A DNA stretch of 64,000 nucleotides from Candidatus Woesebacteria bacterium (GTDB taxonomy: Bacteria > Patescibacteriota > Microgenomatia > UBA8517), in assembly GCA_013374855.1 (NCBI GenBank), contig CP055308.1, positions 532,071-596,070 of the forward strand, read 5' to 3'. Below the pieces are notes generated by a model. It saw nothing but the letters and a program-made list of their open reading frames with translations. It was not told the DNA's origin and made no database searches. Shown in pieces: positions 1 to 9,980 of this stretch; within the stretch, counting starts at the first letter, position 1; the number at the start of each line of letters is the position of its first letter. Made by a program: the position numbers and the translations under genes.

Positions 1-468
1 TTTGTCTTTTCTTTTGTTTTTTCGAGAATTATATCTTTCCGTTTGGGAAGATTTTTGTTTTTTGGGTTTATTTTTGTTTTTTTGGTTTACAATTTTTATC
101 TTTTTTCTATTTATTTTAGGGGAGAGTACCGGCGGTATAACCCTGTTTCTTTATCAGATGAGATTAAAGCTGTTGACTGGGTATATGAAGATGCTGGTGA
201 AGAAAAATTTAATGTGGATTTTTATGTTCCGCCTGTTGTTCCTTATTCTTATGAATATTTGTTTAAGTGGAGAGGTATGGAATTTTTTGGAAAGATTCCT
301 TCAGTGGAAATGGTTGATTTGCTTTATACTATAAGTGAACCTGACAATTTGCATCCTGAACGTCTTGAAATTTGGAGGATAAGGCAGGATAAAATAGGAA
401 GAGTAGAAGAGAAAATAGAAATTGGTTCACTTTTGGTAGAAAGAAGATCTAGAATAACTGGTGAATGA
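1..468 (+). CDS. C-terminal part of a GT-C/ArnT-like membrane protein (5' end outside the window)
   Basis: Frame is open from base 1; last TM helix followed by a soluble domain like the C-termini of other GT-C genes here. Confidence 0.6.
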   Translation, partial: FVFSFVFSRIISFRLGRFLFFGFIFVFLVYNFYLFSIYFRGEYRRYNPVSLSDEIKAVDWVYEDAGEEKFNVDFYVPPVVPYSYEYLFKWRGMEFFGKIPSVEMVDLLYTISEPDNLHPERLEIWRIRQDKIGRVEEKIEIGSLLVERRSRITGE

Positions 469-3400
469 GAACTAAAGTTTTTTTGTATTTTTTGAAAAGA
501 AGGGTTAATGTTTTTGTTTTTTTTGTGTTTCTTTTTTTAACTTTGTGGTTAAGTCGTTATTTTCTGGAGGCAGAATCCTTTTATTCTCATGATTTGGATT
601 TTAATTTAATAAGGAGCCTTGAGGCATATCTTTCATTGAAAGAAGGTCATTTTCCGTTGCGTTGGGCAGGTGACCTTAATTATGGTTGTGGTGTTCCTGT
701 CTTTAATTTTTTCTATCCTCTTGTTTATTATTTAATGAGTTTTATTTTTGTTTTTCTGGGTGATTTCCTTTTGTCTTGGAAAATATTGGTGTTTATTAGT
801 CTTTTTATTGGTAGTTGGTTTTTCTTTCTTTGGATTAAAAACGAAACTAAAGATACTCTTGCTTCTTTTGGGGGAGCTTTGATTTATCTTCTTGCGCCAT
901 ATAGATTTTCTTTGGTTTTTGTAAGAGGCTCTGTTGAATTTTTAGCCTACGCACTTTTGCCAGTTATTTTTTTTCTTGCTTCAAAGATTTTGTTTGATAA
1001 GAATAAATGTTTGTTTAAAAGAGGCTTTTTGTTTTCTTTGTTTTTAGCATTTTACTTTTTATCTCACAATATTGTGGTTTTGATTACCTTTCCAATTTTG
1101 TTGTTGTACACTCTTTTAAAACTTTTTAGAGAGAGAAGTGGTAATCCTGTCTTTATATTTTTTGTCTTTACTCTTGGTTTTTTAATGTCTTCTTTTTTTC
1201 TAGTTCCAGCATTTTTGGAAAAGGCATATGTGAGGCTGTCTATTGACAATGTTGTAGTTGATTATAGGAATCATTTTCCTACTTTAGGGCAGCTTCTGCG
1301 CTCAAGATGGGGTTATCTTTATTCTCTACCTGGTACTGATGATGGCATGTCGTTTATGCTTGGTTATCCTCAATGGCTTGTCTTGTCTTTGTCTTTTTTC
1401 TTTGCGATCTATTACATCTTTAAGACGAAGGAAAGAGCTATTGTCTTTTTGAAAAAAAATTTTTGGTTATTTTTTTATCTTTTCCTTTCTTTGCTTTCTA
1501 TTTTTCTTATGCTTCCATTGTCCTCTTTTATTTGGAGAAACATTAATACTCTACAGCAAGTTCAGTTCCCTTGGAGGTTTTTGGGATTGACAGTTTTTTT
1601 AGTAGCCTCCTTGTTTTCTTACCTGTTGGTTTTTTTAAGGAGAAGTTTTAATAAGAGAGTTTTGTATATTACTTTTGTAATAATATTCTTTATCGGTCTT
1701 TTTGGAAATAGAAATCACTTAAGAGTTTTTCCTTCGAGTGTTAAAGATTATAAAACTTTCAAAGATAACCTTTTGCGCTATTCTACAACTTCTATGGCGA
1801 ATGAGATTTTGCCTTATGGTAATTTGGCTATGTGTAGTCCTGAAGAGCCTTTCTCAAGCGAAGGGGAAATATTGGATCTTAAAAGGGGTTTAACTTATGG
1901 ATCTTTTAAGGTTAGATTTGATGAGGTACCAAAAGAAAAAGTTTTATTTCATTTAGGCTATTTTCCGGGTGTATATGAATTTACCATAAATGGCAGAGAT
2001 GGCGTGCCCTATTCAGATTGCGAAGGAAGGGTCTGTATTTCTTCAAACGAATTTGCTCCTTTTAGTTTTGTATCTTGGAAAGTAGTTCAGACTCCTGTAC
2101 AGAGGTTTTTTAATTTAATAAGTCTTTTCTCTTTTTTTGTTTGGATTATTTTGATTTTTGGTCTTTACCAAAAGAGGCAATTTTGGATCTTTCTTCTTTT
2201 GATGTTTTTATTTTTTAGACTTTATGGTCTGGAGAAAAAAATGGTTTTTGGTTGGGATCAGGAAAGAGACGCTTTTGTTGTTTCTGAGATCTTGAAGGGA
2301 AAATTAACTTTGATTGGACCGCGTGTTGTTGGCCCCAGTGGTTTTTTCCTGCCACCTTACTTTTTCTATATTCTTTCCCCTTTTTATTTTTTGGGCAGAG
2401 GTAACCCTCAGGTTTCGCTTTATCTTTTCCTATTTTCTTATTGGATTTTGTTTTTTGTTGTAGCTTATAAATCTTTTCTTAAATCTATAGGTAGAAACGA
2501 ATCCTTATTGTTTGTTTTGGTGTGGTCAACTTTGCCCCTTGCAGTTGTGGTGGATAGAATAGCTTGGAATCCTATTTTTATTCCTTTGGTTTTTATTGTC
2601 TTGTTGTTTTTTCATTATAGATACTATTCTACTGGGAGTGTTTTTTGGTTTTTTGTTCTTAGTATTTCTTATTTTTTGGGGGTATCATTTCATATACAAG
2701 GTTTGTTTTATTTTCCATTTATACTGAATGCGTTTTTGTTTGGTGGTAATAAGGTTTTTTTGAAAAAGTTTTTTTTGTTTATTTTTTCTGCTTTTTTGGT
2801 TTTTTTACCTATTATTTTGTTTGATTTGCGGCACAATTTTCTTAATTTTTCTTTGATATTTGGTTTTGGGCAAAACTCTTTGGTCAGGGGTGGTTTGTCT
2901 GATGTGTGGTCTAATTTTGTATCATCTTTTGTTAGTTTGAGGATTGGAAAATTATCAGCTTTTGTTTTTTATTTATTTTTTCTTTTTCTAAATTTCCTTT
3001 TGTTAATTAGAGTAAGATTAGCCTATAAAAAAGAACTGCTTTACTCTTTATTTTTGATTTTGCTCTCTTTTCCTATTGTTTTTTATTTTTATGGTTTTCG
3101 CCCATCAGAGTATTATTTTAATTTTTTAATCCCTGTTTTTGTTTTAATTTTTTCTCTTGCGCCCTTTGTAATTAGGCCAAGATTTGCTAGATTGTTTTTA
3201 TCTTTGGTTTTAGTTGTTTTTATTTTGTGGAGTACTTTGTCAAACCTAAAAAGTGTTGCTTACTATGATGGTGAAAGCCTCTATTTTAAGAAGAGGGTGG
3301 TTGGTTTTATTAAAGATATCACAGAGAATAGAAAATATGATTTGTCAATTGATTCAAAAAGTGGCAAAGATGCTGGGTTTTATTATCTTTTAAGTTTTTA

Positions 3401-3527
3401 TGGCCTTGAGCATAACAGAAATAATACTTTTTCCTTGATAAGAATAGTGGAGCCACCAGACAGCAGTTGCTTTACACGCTTTGGGATCTATTCTGTTTGT
3501 TTTTTGCCTCAAGATTTTGGTTGGTAG
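465..3527 (+). CDS. Fused double GT-C protein: PTPS-related/YfhO-like domain plus ArnT/PMT_2-like domain
   Basis: N-half has RW..LNYGCGVPVFNFFYPL, APYRF..VFVRG and QFPWRF; C-half has FRLY..GWDQERD..LIGP. Confidence 0.75.
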   Translation: MRTKVFLYFLKRRVNVFVFFVFLFLTLWLSRYFLEAESFYSHDLDFNLIRSLEAYLSLKEGHFPLRWAGDLNYGCGVPVFNFFYPLVYYLMSFIFVFLGDFLLSWKILVFISLFIGSWFFFLWIKNETKDTLASFGGALIYLLAPYRFSLVFVRGSVEFLAYALLPVIFFLASKILFDKNKCLFKRGFLFSLFLAFYFLSHNIVVLITFPILLLYTLLKLFRERSGNPVFIFFVFTLGFLMSSFFLVPAFLEKAYVRLSIDNVVVDYRNHFPTLGQLLRSRWGYLYSLPGTDDGMSFMLGYPQWLVLSLSFFFAIYYIFKTKERAIVFLKKNFWLFFYLFLSLLSIFLMLPLSSFIWRNINTLQQVQFPWRFLGLTVFLVASLFSYLLVFLRRSFNKRVLYITFVIIFFIGLFGNRNHLRVFPSSVKDYKTFKDNLLRYSTTSMANEILPYGNLAMCSPEEPFSSEGEILDLKRGLTYGSFKVRFDEVPKEKVLFHLGYFPGVYEFTINGRDGVPYSDCEGRVCISSNEFAPFSFVSWKVVQTPVQRFFNLISLFSFFVWIILIFGLYQKRQFWIFLLLMFLFFRLYGLEKKMVFGWDQERDAFVVSEILKGKLTLIGPRVVGPSGFFLPPYFFYILSPFYFLGRGNPQVSLYLFLFSYWILFFVVAYKSFLKSIGRNESLLFVLVWSTLPLAVVVDRIAWNPIFIPLVFIVLLFFHYRYYSTGSVFWFFVLSISYFLGVSFHIQGLFYFPFILNAFLFGGNKVFLKKFFLFIFSAFLVFLPIILFDLRHNFLNFSLIFGFGQNSLVRGGLSDVWSNFVSSFVSLRIGKLSAFVFYLFFLFLNFLLLIRVRLAYKKELLYSLFLILLSFPIVFYFYGFRPSEYYFNFLIPVFVLIFSLAPFVIRPRFARLFLSLVLVVFILWSTLSNLKSVAYYDGESLYFKKRVVGFIKDITENRKYDLSIDSKSGKDAGFYYLLSFYGLEHNRNNTFSLIRIVEPPDSSCFTRFGIYSVCFLPQDFGW

Positions 3528-3563
3528 TTATTTTTTAGTTTCTAATTTGCTAATATAGGAAGC

Positions 3564-4340
3564 ATGAAGAAGGGTGAAATCTTTTTGTCTGTTGTTATTC
3601 CTTGCTATAACGAGGCAGAAAACATTAATCGCGGAGTTTTGGAGGGAGTTTATAACTATTTTAAAGACAAGGATTATTCTTGGGAAGTTTTGGTCTCAGA
3701 TGATGGTAGCAGTGATGAAAGCGTCTCTCTAATAGAAGATAGAATTAGATCTTTGCCTAATTTTTACTTAATAAAGAATTCTCATGGTGGCAAACCGAGT
3801 GCTCTCTTGGGTGGAGTTAAAGTGGCAAGAGGGAAATATGTGCTTTTTACTGATATGGATCAGTCTACTCCAATCTCAGAACTTGATAAACTTATTCCTC
3901 ATACGAAAGATAATGTGGAGGCTGTTATAGGTTCACGGGGTGTAATAAGGAAGGATTTCCCTCTTTACAGAAAAATTGGGGCTGTTGTTTTTATGATGGT
4001 AAGGAGAGTTTTGATTTTGCCGGAGTTGGTTGATACTCAATGTGGCTTTAAACTTTTTAGGTCAGACATCTTGAAGAAGGTCTTTCCCAAATTAGAGTTT
4101 TTTAAGAAAGAGGAAAATCGTGTTGGTTGGGTAGTTAGCTCATACGATGTTGAACTTTTGCACCTTGTAAAAAAAACAGGCGGAAGGATAGTTGAGATTC
4201 CTGTTTTGTGGAAAGATGAGGATAAAAGTAAAACTAAAGGCTCCTCTTTTAAAAGGTACTTCAAAGAATCAAAAGAGATGTTTTTCCAGATATTGAGGGT
4301 TAAGCTAAATGATTGGCGTGGTATGTATAAGGATTTATGA
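3564..4340 (+). CDS. GT2 polyprenyl-phosphate glycosyltransferase (DPG/DPM synthase-like)
   Basis: VVIPCYNE, DDGSSD, FTDMDQSTP and DTQCGFKLF motifs. Confidence 0.85.
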   Translation: MKKGEIFLSVVIPCYNEAENINRGVLEGVYNYFKDKDYSWEVLVSDDGSSDESVSLIEDRIRSLPNFYLIKNSHGGKPSALLGGVKVARGKYVLFTDMDQSTPISELDKLIPHTKDNVEAVIGSRGVIRKDFPLYRKIGAVVFMMVRRVLILPELVDTQCGFKLFRSDILKKVFPKLEFFKKEENRVGWVVSSYDVELLHLVKKTGGRIVEIPVLWKDEDKSKTKGSSFKRYFKESKEMFFQILRVKLNDWRGMYKDL

Positions 4341-5857
4341 AACTTTTTTTGAGAAAGAATATTTTTTATTTTTTTGTCTTTTTGGTTTTAGTTTTTTCTT
4401 TTTTGATTCGTGTAGTCAAACTCTCTTATTGGCCTATTTTTGCCGATGAGGCAATTTACATTCGTTGGGCTCAGGTAATGAGGAGTGAAGTTAATCTTCG
4501 TTTTTTGCCCCTTTCCGATGGTAAACAACCTCTTTTTATGTGGCTTGTAATTCCTTTTCTTAAGATCTTTCAAGATCCCTTGTTTGCTGGTAGGCTTTTG
4601 TCGGTTATTTCTGGTACAGCTTCTGTATTGGTTGTTTTTTTAATTGCTCTTTTTCTATTTAAGGAAAAAAAGGTTGCTCTTTTTGCAAGCTTGATTGCTT
4701 CTATATTACCCTTTTTTGTTTTCTTTGATAGAAAAGCTTTGGTTGACAGCCTGCTTTTGTTTTTTGGTCTTTGTCTTTTCCTTTTTTCTTTTTTAGCTTT
4801 CTCTAGAAAAAGGTTTGATTTTGTTTTACTTGCTGGTTTTTCTTTAGGTGGGGCTCTTTTGACAAAATCGCCTGCTTTATTTTTTTCTTTGCTTTTACCT
4901 ACTTTTTTGCTTTTTTTTGATTTTAAGAAAAGTAAAAAACTTAGTTTTAGACAAGTTTTTTTGGCTTTATTTTATCTTTCTGTAATTTACGCAGTAGGTT
5001 ACCTTTTCTATAACATTCTTCGACTGGGACCAAATTTTCACCTTTTGGCTAGTCGCAATATGGATTATGTTTTTCCTTTTTTGCATGTTTTTCAAAATCC
5101 TCTTGACCCATTTCTATCCCATATTAAGGATATCTTTATTTGGTTTTTTTATTTTGGTATTTTATTTATACTACCTCTTTTTTTGCTAGGGTTTTGTTTT
5201 GGTCTTAAAAAGTATAGAAAGGAAGTACTAGTCTTGTTTTTTTGGTTTTTGTTTCCACTTTTAGTCCAGGCAGAATATGCTAGGGTTTTTACAGCTCGTT
5301 ATATTTTATTTACAATTCCTTTCTTTTTGATAATCTCATCTTTATCGTTGAGATTTGCAAATCGGTACAAATTTATCTTTTTTCCCTTCTTTGGATTATT
5401 TATTGTTTTTTCACTTTTCCAAAATTTCCGGTTTATTTTTAATCCAAATAAATCATTTCTGCCAAGAAATGAAAGATCTGGTTATCTTGAAGAGTGGTCT
5501 GCCGGAACTGGTATAAGAGAAGTGTCTGTATATTTGGTTGATTTTTATAGAAAAGAAAAAAGAGAGATTCTTGTTGGTACGGAAGGTTATTTTGGAACGC
5601 TTCCTGATGGATTACAGGTTTATCTAAATGATTATCCTCAGATTAAAGTGGCTGGAATGGGTATTAATTTTAATAATGTTCCTGAAGGATTGGTTACTTC
5701 AGCCGGTAGTGGCACACCGACATTTTTTGTAGTGAATAGTTCAAGGGCAAAGATAGAAGATTTGAAAAACCTAGAGCTTTTAGCAGAGTATCCGAAAGCA
5801 AAGAAAAAAGATGGTTCTTTTGAGAAACTTCTTTTTTATAGAGTTAAAAGTAACTAG
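4337..5857 (+). CDS. GT-C glycosyltransferase (PMT_2/ArnT-like)
   Basis: Multiple TM helices; PIFADEAIY and DGKQPL motifs. Confidence 0.8.
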   Translation: MKLFLRKNIFYFFVFLVLVFSFLIRVVKLSYWPIFADEAIYIRWAQVMRSEVNLRFLPLSDGKQPLFMWLVIPFLKIFQDPLFAGRLLSVISGTASVLVVFLIALFLFKEKKVALFASLIASILPFFVFFDRKALVDSLLLFFGLCLFLFSFLAFSRKRFDFVLLAGFSLGGALLTKSPALFFSLLLPTFLLFFDFKKSKKLSFRQVFLALFYLSVIYAVGYLFYNILRLGPNFHLLASRNMDYVFPFLHVFQNPLDPFLSHIKDIFIWFFYFGILFILPLFLLGFCFGLKKYRKEVLVLFFWFLFPLLVQAEYARVFTARYILFTIPFFLIISSLSLRFANRYKFIFFPFFGLFIVFSLFQNFRFIFNPNKSFLPRNERSGYLEEWSAGTGIREVSVYLVDFYRKEKREILVGTEGYFGTLPDGLQVYLNDYPQIKVAGMGINFNNVPEGLVTSAGSGTPTFFVVNSSRAKIEDLKNLELLAEYPKAKKKDGSFEKLLFYRVKSN

Positions 5858-5882
5858 AGATTATTCATGGTAAAATTAACCT

Positions 5883-7379
5883 GTGTTAGGCTTTTCTAAA
5901 AAAAATATTTCAGAGGTTGAGGAAATTGATTTTCAGATTGTGAAGAAGAGAGCGGTTTCAGGTGTGGTTGTTCTGACAGGTAGAACTTTTTTCTTGAGCC
6001 TTCTTTCCTTTTTTGCTACAGCATTGCTTACTGTTTTTCTTGAGCCTTCGCAGTTTGGAGTTTTTTGGATAGTCTCTGCTGTAGTTAGTTTTCTTTCTTA
6101 TTTTAGCGATATAGGTTTGGCGGCAGCTTTGATTCAAAAAAAAGAAAAATTAAACCAAAATGATTTAAATACAACCTTTGTAGTTCAACAAGTCTTGGTT
6201 ATTTTTATTTTATTTTTGCTGTTTCTTTTTTCTCCAGCATTGGTGCGTTTTTATAGTCTTGATTTTGAGGGTAAGATTCTTCTTTATGCGCTTGGTGTAA
6301 GCCTTTTTATGTCGTCGCTTAAAACCATTCCTTCAGTTTTGCTTGAAAGAAACTTGGAGTTTGGAAAGTTGATAATACCACAAATATTGGAGAATTTAAC
6401 TTATAACGTTTTGGCAGTGTTTCTTGCTTGGCAGGGATTTGGTACAAGAAGCTTCACTTACAGTGTTTTGGCAAGAGGATTTGTGGGACTTATAGCCATC
6501 TATGTTATTTATCCTTGGAGACCAACTTTTTCTTTTTCTAAAGAGTCTTTGCGTTCTCTTCTTAAGTTTGGAGTCCCCTATCAACTTAACACGTTCCTTG
6601 CCACGATCAAAGATGATGGGCTAACTGCCTTTTTGGGTGGAATATTGGGTGGTTATGGTGTTGGACTTTTGGGTTGGGCGCAAAAATGGGGACAAGCACC
6701 TCTGAGATTTTTTATGGATCAGGTGATAAAAGTAACTTTTCCTGCTTTTTCTAGGATTCAAGATAACAAAGATGAATTAAGATCAGCCTTGGAGAGATCT
6801 TTGTTTTTTATTTCATTTTTGGTTTTTCCTTCTTTGTTTGGACTACTGGCTTTGGCGCCTCTCTTAGTTTACCTTATACCAAAGTATATTAAATGGGAAC
6901 CAGCGCTTATTCCGCTCTATTTGATTGGTTTTAATACAATTTTTGCCTCTATCTCTACGCAACTGACGAATTTTCTAAATGCAACAGGTAGAATAAAAAC
7001 GACTTTTAAACTTATGATTATGTGGACAACTCTTTCTTGGCTTTTTATACCTTTTCTTTCGTATAAGTTTGGAGTGATTGGGGCTGCCTTTGGGTATGCT
7101 TTGGTTGGCGTAAGTTCTTTAGTTGTATTCTTTGTTGTTTTTAGGTTTTTGCGGTTTTCTTTTTTAAGATCTTTTTTAAAGCCTTTGGTGGCTTCTTTGA
7201 TTATGTTTGTAACACTTTATTTTTTGAGAATAAAGTTAACAATTTCTTTTTTTTCTTTTTGGGTTCTTCTTGGTGTGGGTGGGATAGTCTATTTTTTGTT
7301 GATTTACCTTATGGTGGGCAATTTGCTTATAGAAGATGTTAAGAAAAGCACAAAGTTACTTTTTGGAAAAAAGAACTGA
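5883..7379 (+). CDS. Wzx-type oligosaccharide flippase (WzxC-like)
   Basis: About 12-14 TM helices; LEPSQFG, DIGLAAALIQKK and FPAFSRIQD motifs. Confidence 0.85.
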   Translation: MLGFSKKNISEVEEIDFQIVKKRAVSGVVVLTGRTFFLSLLSFFATALLTVFLEPSQFGVFWIVSAVVSFLSYFSDIGLAAALIQKKEKLNQNDLNTTFVVQQVLVIFILFLLFLFSPALVRFYSLDFEGKILLYALGVSLFMSSLKTIPSVLLERNLEFGKLIIPQILENLTYNVLAVFLAWQGFGTRSFTYSVLARGFVGLIAIYVIYPWRPTFSFSKESLRSLLKFGVPYQLNTFLATIKDDGLTAFLGGILGGYGVGLLGWAQKWGQAPLRFFMDQVIKVTFPAFSRIQDNKDELRSALERSLFFISFLVFPSLFGLLALAPLLVYLIPKYIKWEPALIPLYLIGFNTIFASISTQLTNFLNATGRIKTTFKLMIMWTTLSWLFIPFLSYKFGVIGAAFGYALVGVSSLVVFFVVFRFLRFSFLRSFLKPLVASLIMFVTLYFLRIKLTISFFSFWVLLGVGGIVYFLLIYLMVGNLLIEDVKKSTKLLFGKKN

Positions 7380-9039
7380 TTTGGCAATCTTTGCTGTTAT
7401 TTTTTTAGGCACTCTTGTGTGGTCTTTGACTATGGTAAGGAGCGGCCTTTGTTTTGATAGAAACTGTCAATCTGGTGTTGGATTTTGGGGAGCAAATGGA
7501 CATGATGGGGTATGGCATGTTGCTTTGATTAAAAGTTTGTCTTCTGGAAGTTTAGATAACCCTGTTTTTGCAGGAGAGCGTTTAAAAAATTACCATCTTG
7601 GTTATGATTTTTTTCTTTCTTTAATGTCCCGCTTTTTTAAAGTCAGTCCTTCGTTTTTGTATTTTCAAATTTTTCCACCCGTTTTGGCGTTTTTAATTGG
7701 TTTTCTTGTTTTTAAGTTGGTTTTTAAGATGGCAAGAAACAAACTTTTTGTCTTTTGGTCTTTATTTTTTGTTTATTTTGGGGGAGGGTTTGGTTTTCTG
7801 GTTAGCCTAGTAAGAGAGGGTAAACTTGCAGGGGACTCAATGTTTTGGGCCCAGTCGCAGGCTACAACGTTATTAAATCCTCCTTACGCTTTTTCTTTGA
7901 TTTTTTTACTTTTGGGTATTTTGTTTTTTGAAGGTTATTTGAAGAGGGGAAAATCTAGTTTTGCTTTATTAACAATAGTGTCATGGGGTTTTCTTTCTCA
8001 AATAAAAATCTATGCTTTTGTGTTGGTTATACTTTCGCTTGTTAGTTTGATTTTTTTGAGAATCTCTCATTTTAGGAAACTAACTACTATTTTTTTGGGA
8101 GTTTTGTTTTTGAATATTTTGATTTCTTTACCAATAAATCGGTTGCCCTCTTCGATTATTGAGTTTAGACCTTTTTGGTTTCTTGAGGCGTTGATGGCGT
8201 TTCCGGATCGATTGGGCTGGGCTAAATTTTATCAAGCGATGACCACTTTTGTATTGGCAGGTAATTATATGAAGGCTTCTATATTATATCTTATCGCTTT
8301 TATTTTATTCTTTTTTGGGAATCTGGGTTCTAGATTTTTATCTTTGAGAACATTTTTTAGGAAAAAGAATGGCCTAACTTTATTTTTGTATTTAATAATC
8401 TTTTGGGGATTGTTTCTGCCTCTTTTTTTTGTTCAAAGAGGAACACCCTGGAATACTATTCAGTTTTTTTATTATTCTTTGTTTTTTTTGAGCGTCTTTG
8501 CTGGTATCGAATTGGGTTTTCTTGCTTTGAAATTTAGGCGACGATTTTGGTTAACTTTGTTATTTTTTCTTATAACTTTACCGACAACTGCTACAACACT
8601 TGGGCATTATTTGCCACGTTTTCCGCAATCAAGATTGCCAAAAGGGGAAATTGAGGCTCTAAGTTTTTTATCGCAGCTTCCACATGGAAGAGTTTTATCT
8701 TTACAAGTCCCAGGAGTGGTTTATGATGATTATAATTCCCCCACCCCTTTGTATGCTTATGATTCAACTTCTTATGTTAGTGCTTTTTCTGGTAAAGAGG
8801 TTTATCTGGAGGATTTAGTTAATCTAAGCATAATGGGTTATGATTACAAGCCAAGACTTAATCAAGTTGAATCTTTTCTTAAGAATCCTGACTCGGGTAA
8901 TTCAAAAGAATTTCTTGATAAGGAAAAGATTGATTATATTTATATCGTTAGAAGATCCTCTCTTGATGAAAATAAGCTTAATTATTTAGAGAGGGTCTTT
9001 GAGAATGAAGATTCTTTGATTTTAAAAGTTGACATCTAA
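7336..9039 (+). CDS. Polytopic membrane protein, probable GT-C
   Basis: HDGVWH acidic first loop, YHLGYD, many TM helices, soluble C-terminus. Confidence 0.6.
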   Translation: MLRKAQSYFLEKRTDLAIFAVIFLGTLVWSLTMVRSGLCFDRNCQSGVGFWGANGHDGVWHVALIKSLSSGSLDNPVFAGERLKNYHLGYDFFLSLMSRFFKVSPSFLYFQIFPPVLAFLIGFLVFKLVFKMARNKLFVFWSLFFVYFGGGFGFLVSLVREGKLAGDSMFWAQSQATTLLNPPYAFSLIFLLLGILFFEGYLKRGKSSFALLTIVSWGFLSQIKIYAFVLVILSLVSLIFLRISHFRKLTTIFLGVLFLNILISLPINRLPSSIIEFRPFWFLEALMAFPDRLGWAKFYQAMTTFVLAGNYMKASILYLIAFILFFFGNLGSRFLSLRTFFRKKNGLTLFLYLIIFWGLFLPLFFVQRGTPWNTIQFFYYSLFFLSVFAGIELGFLALKFRRRFWLTLLFFLITLPTTATTLGHYLPRFPQSRLPKGEIEALSFLSQLPHGRVLSLQVPGVVYDDYNSPTPLYAYDSTSYVSAFSGKEVYLEDLVNLSIMGYDYKPRLNQVESFLKNPDSGNSKEFLDKEKIDYIYIVRRSSLDENKLNYLERVFENEDSLILKVDI

Positions 9040-9055
9040 AGTGTAAAATATGCCT

Positions 9056-9973
9056 ATGGCAAAAATAAAAGTCTCCCTTGTTATAAACACTCTAAACGAG
9101 GAAAAGAATATAGTTTCTGTTATTAGGTCTGTAGGTGATTTTGCTGATGAAGTTGTGGTTGTTGATATGGAATCCAGTGACAATACAGTTTCTTTGGCGA
9201 AGCAAATCGGTGCGCGAGTTTTTACACATCCAAGGATAGGTTATGTTGAACCTGCAAGAAATTTTGCTATAGAAAAAGCCAAAGGAGATTGGATTTTTAT
9301 TTTGGATGCAGATGAGAGAGCGAACCCAAGACTTCTTGCCAAACTCAAAAAGCTTATTAGGTATGAAAAACCTGATTATGTTTTGATTCCTCGGAAAAAT
9401 ATTATTTTTGGTAAATGGATTAGGAATTCGAGGTGGTGGCCAGATTATAACATTAGGTTTTTTAAAAAAGGGGCTGTTGTTTGGAAAAATGAAATACATA
9501 GTGAACCAGAGAGGAAAGGCAAAGGAGTAACTCTTTTACCCAAAGAAAAGTATGCTATTGTGCATAGAAATTACTCTTCAGTAAGCGACTATATCCAGAG
9601 AATGGATATTTATTCTTCTATTCAGGCGAAAGAGAAAGTATCTAGTGGTTATAAGTTTAATTTCTTGGATTTATTAGAAAAACCAGCAGCTGAATTTTTT
9701 GGTCGTTTTTTTTCGGGAAAGGGGTATAAGGATGGCGTTCATGGTTTGGCATTAGCCTTGTTGCAAACATTTTCTGAATTGATTATTTATCTTAAAGTGT
9801 GGCAAACTGAAGGTTTTGTTGATGGTGAGTTTGATTTTAAGAGTCTAGATAAGTCTTTAGTTAAGATGGAGAAAGATTTAAACTATTGGCGAGCTGATGT
9901 AAAACTTAAAAAAACTAATAGGTTTTTACAATCATTAATTTTGAAGATTAAGAGAAAATTTAGATTGATTTAA
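9056..9973 (+). CDS. GT2 beta-glucosyltransferase-like (WaaE/KdtX-like)
   Basis: NTLNEE, ARNFAI, LDADER, WWPDY and IH motifs; start placed 6 nt after TAAAAT. Confidence 0.85.
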   Translation: MAKIKVSLVINTLNEEKNIVSVIRSVGDFADEVVVVDMESSDNTVSLAKQIGARVFTHPRIGYVEPARNFAIEKAKGDWIFILDADERANPRLLAKLKKLIRYEKPDYVLIPRKNIIFGKWIRNSRWWPDYNIRFFKKGAVVWKNEIHSEPERKGKGVTLLPKEKYAIVHRNYSSVSDYIQRMDIYSSIQAKEKVSSGYKFNFLDLLEKPAAEFFGRFFSGKGYKDGVHGLALALLQTFSELIIYLKVWQTEGFVDGEFDFKSLDKSLVKMEKDLNYWRADVKLKKTNRFLQSLILKIKRKFRLI

Positions 9974-9980
9974 TAGAAAG

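Noticed and set aside
4236-4257. aaaggctcctcttttaaaaggt (KGSSFK) resembling the REP
   Set aside because: Several mismatches and no palindromic arms; cannot be distinguished from chance.
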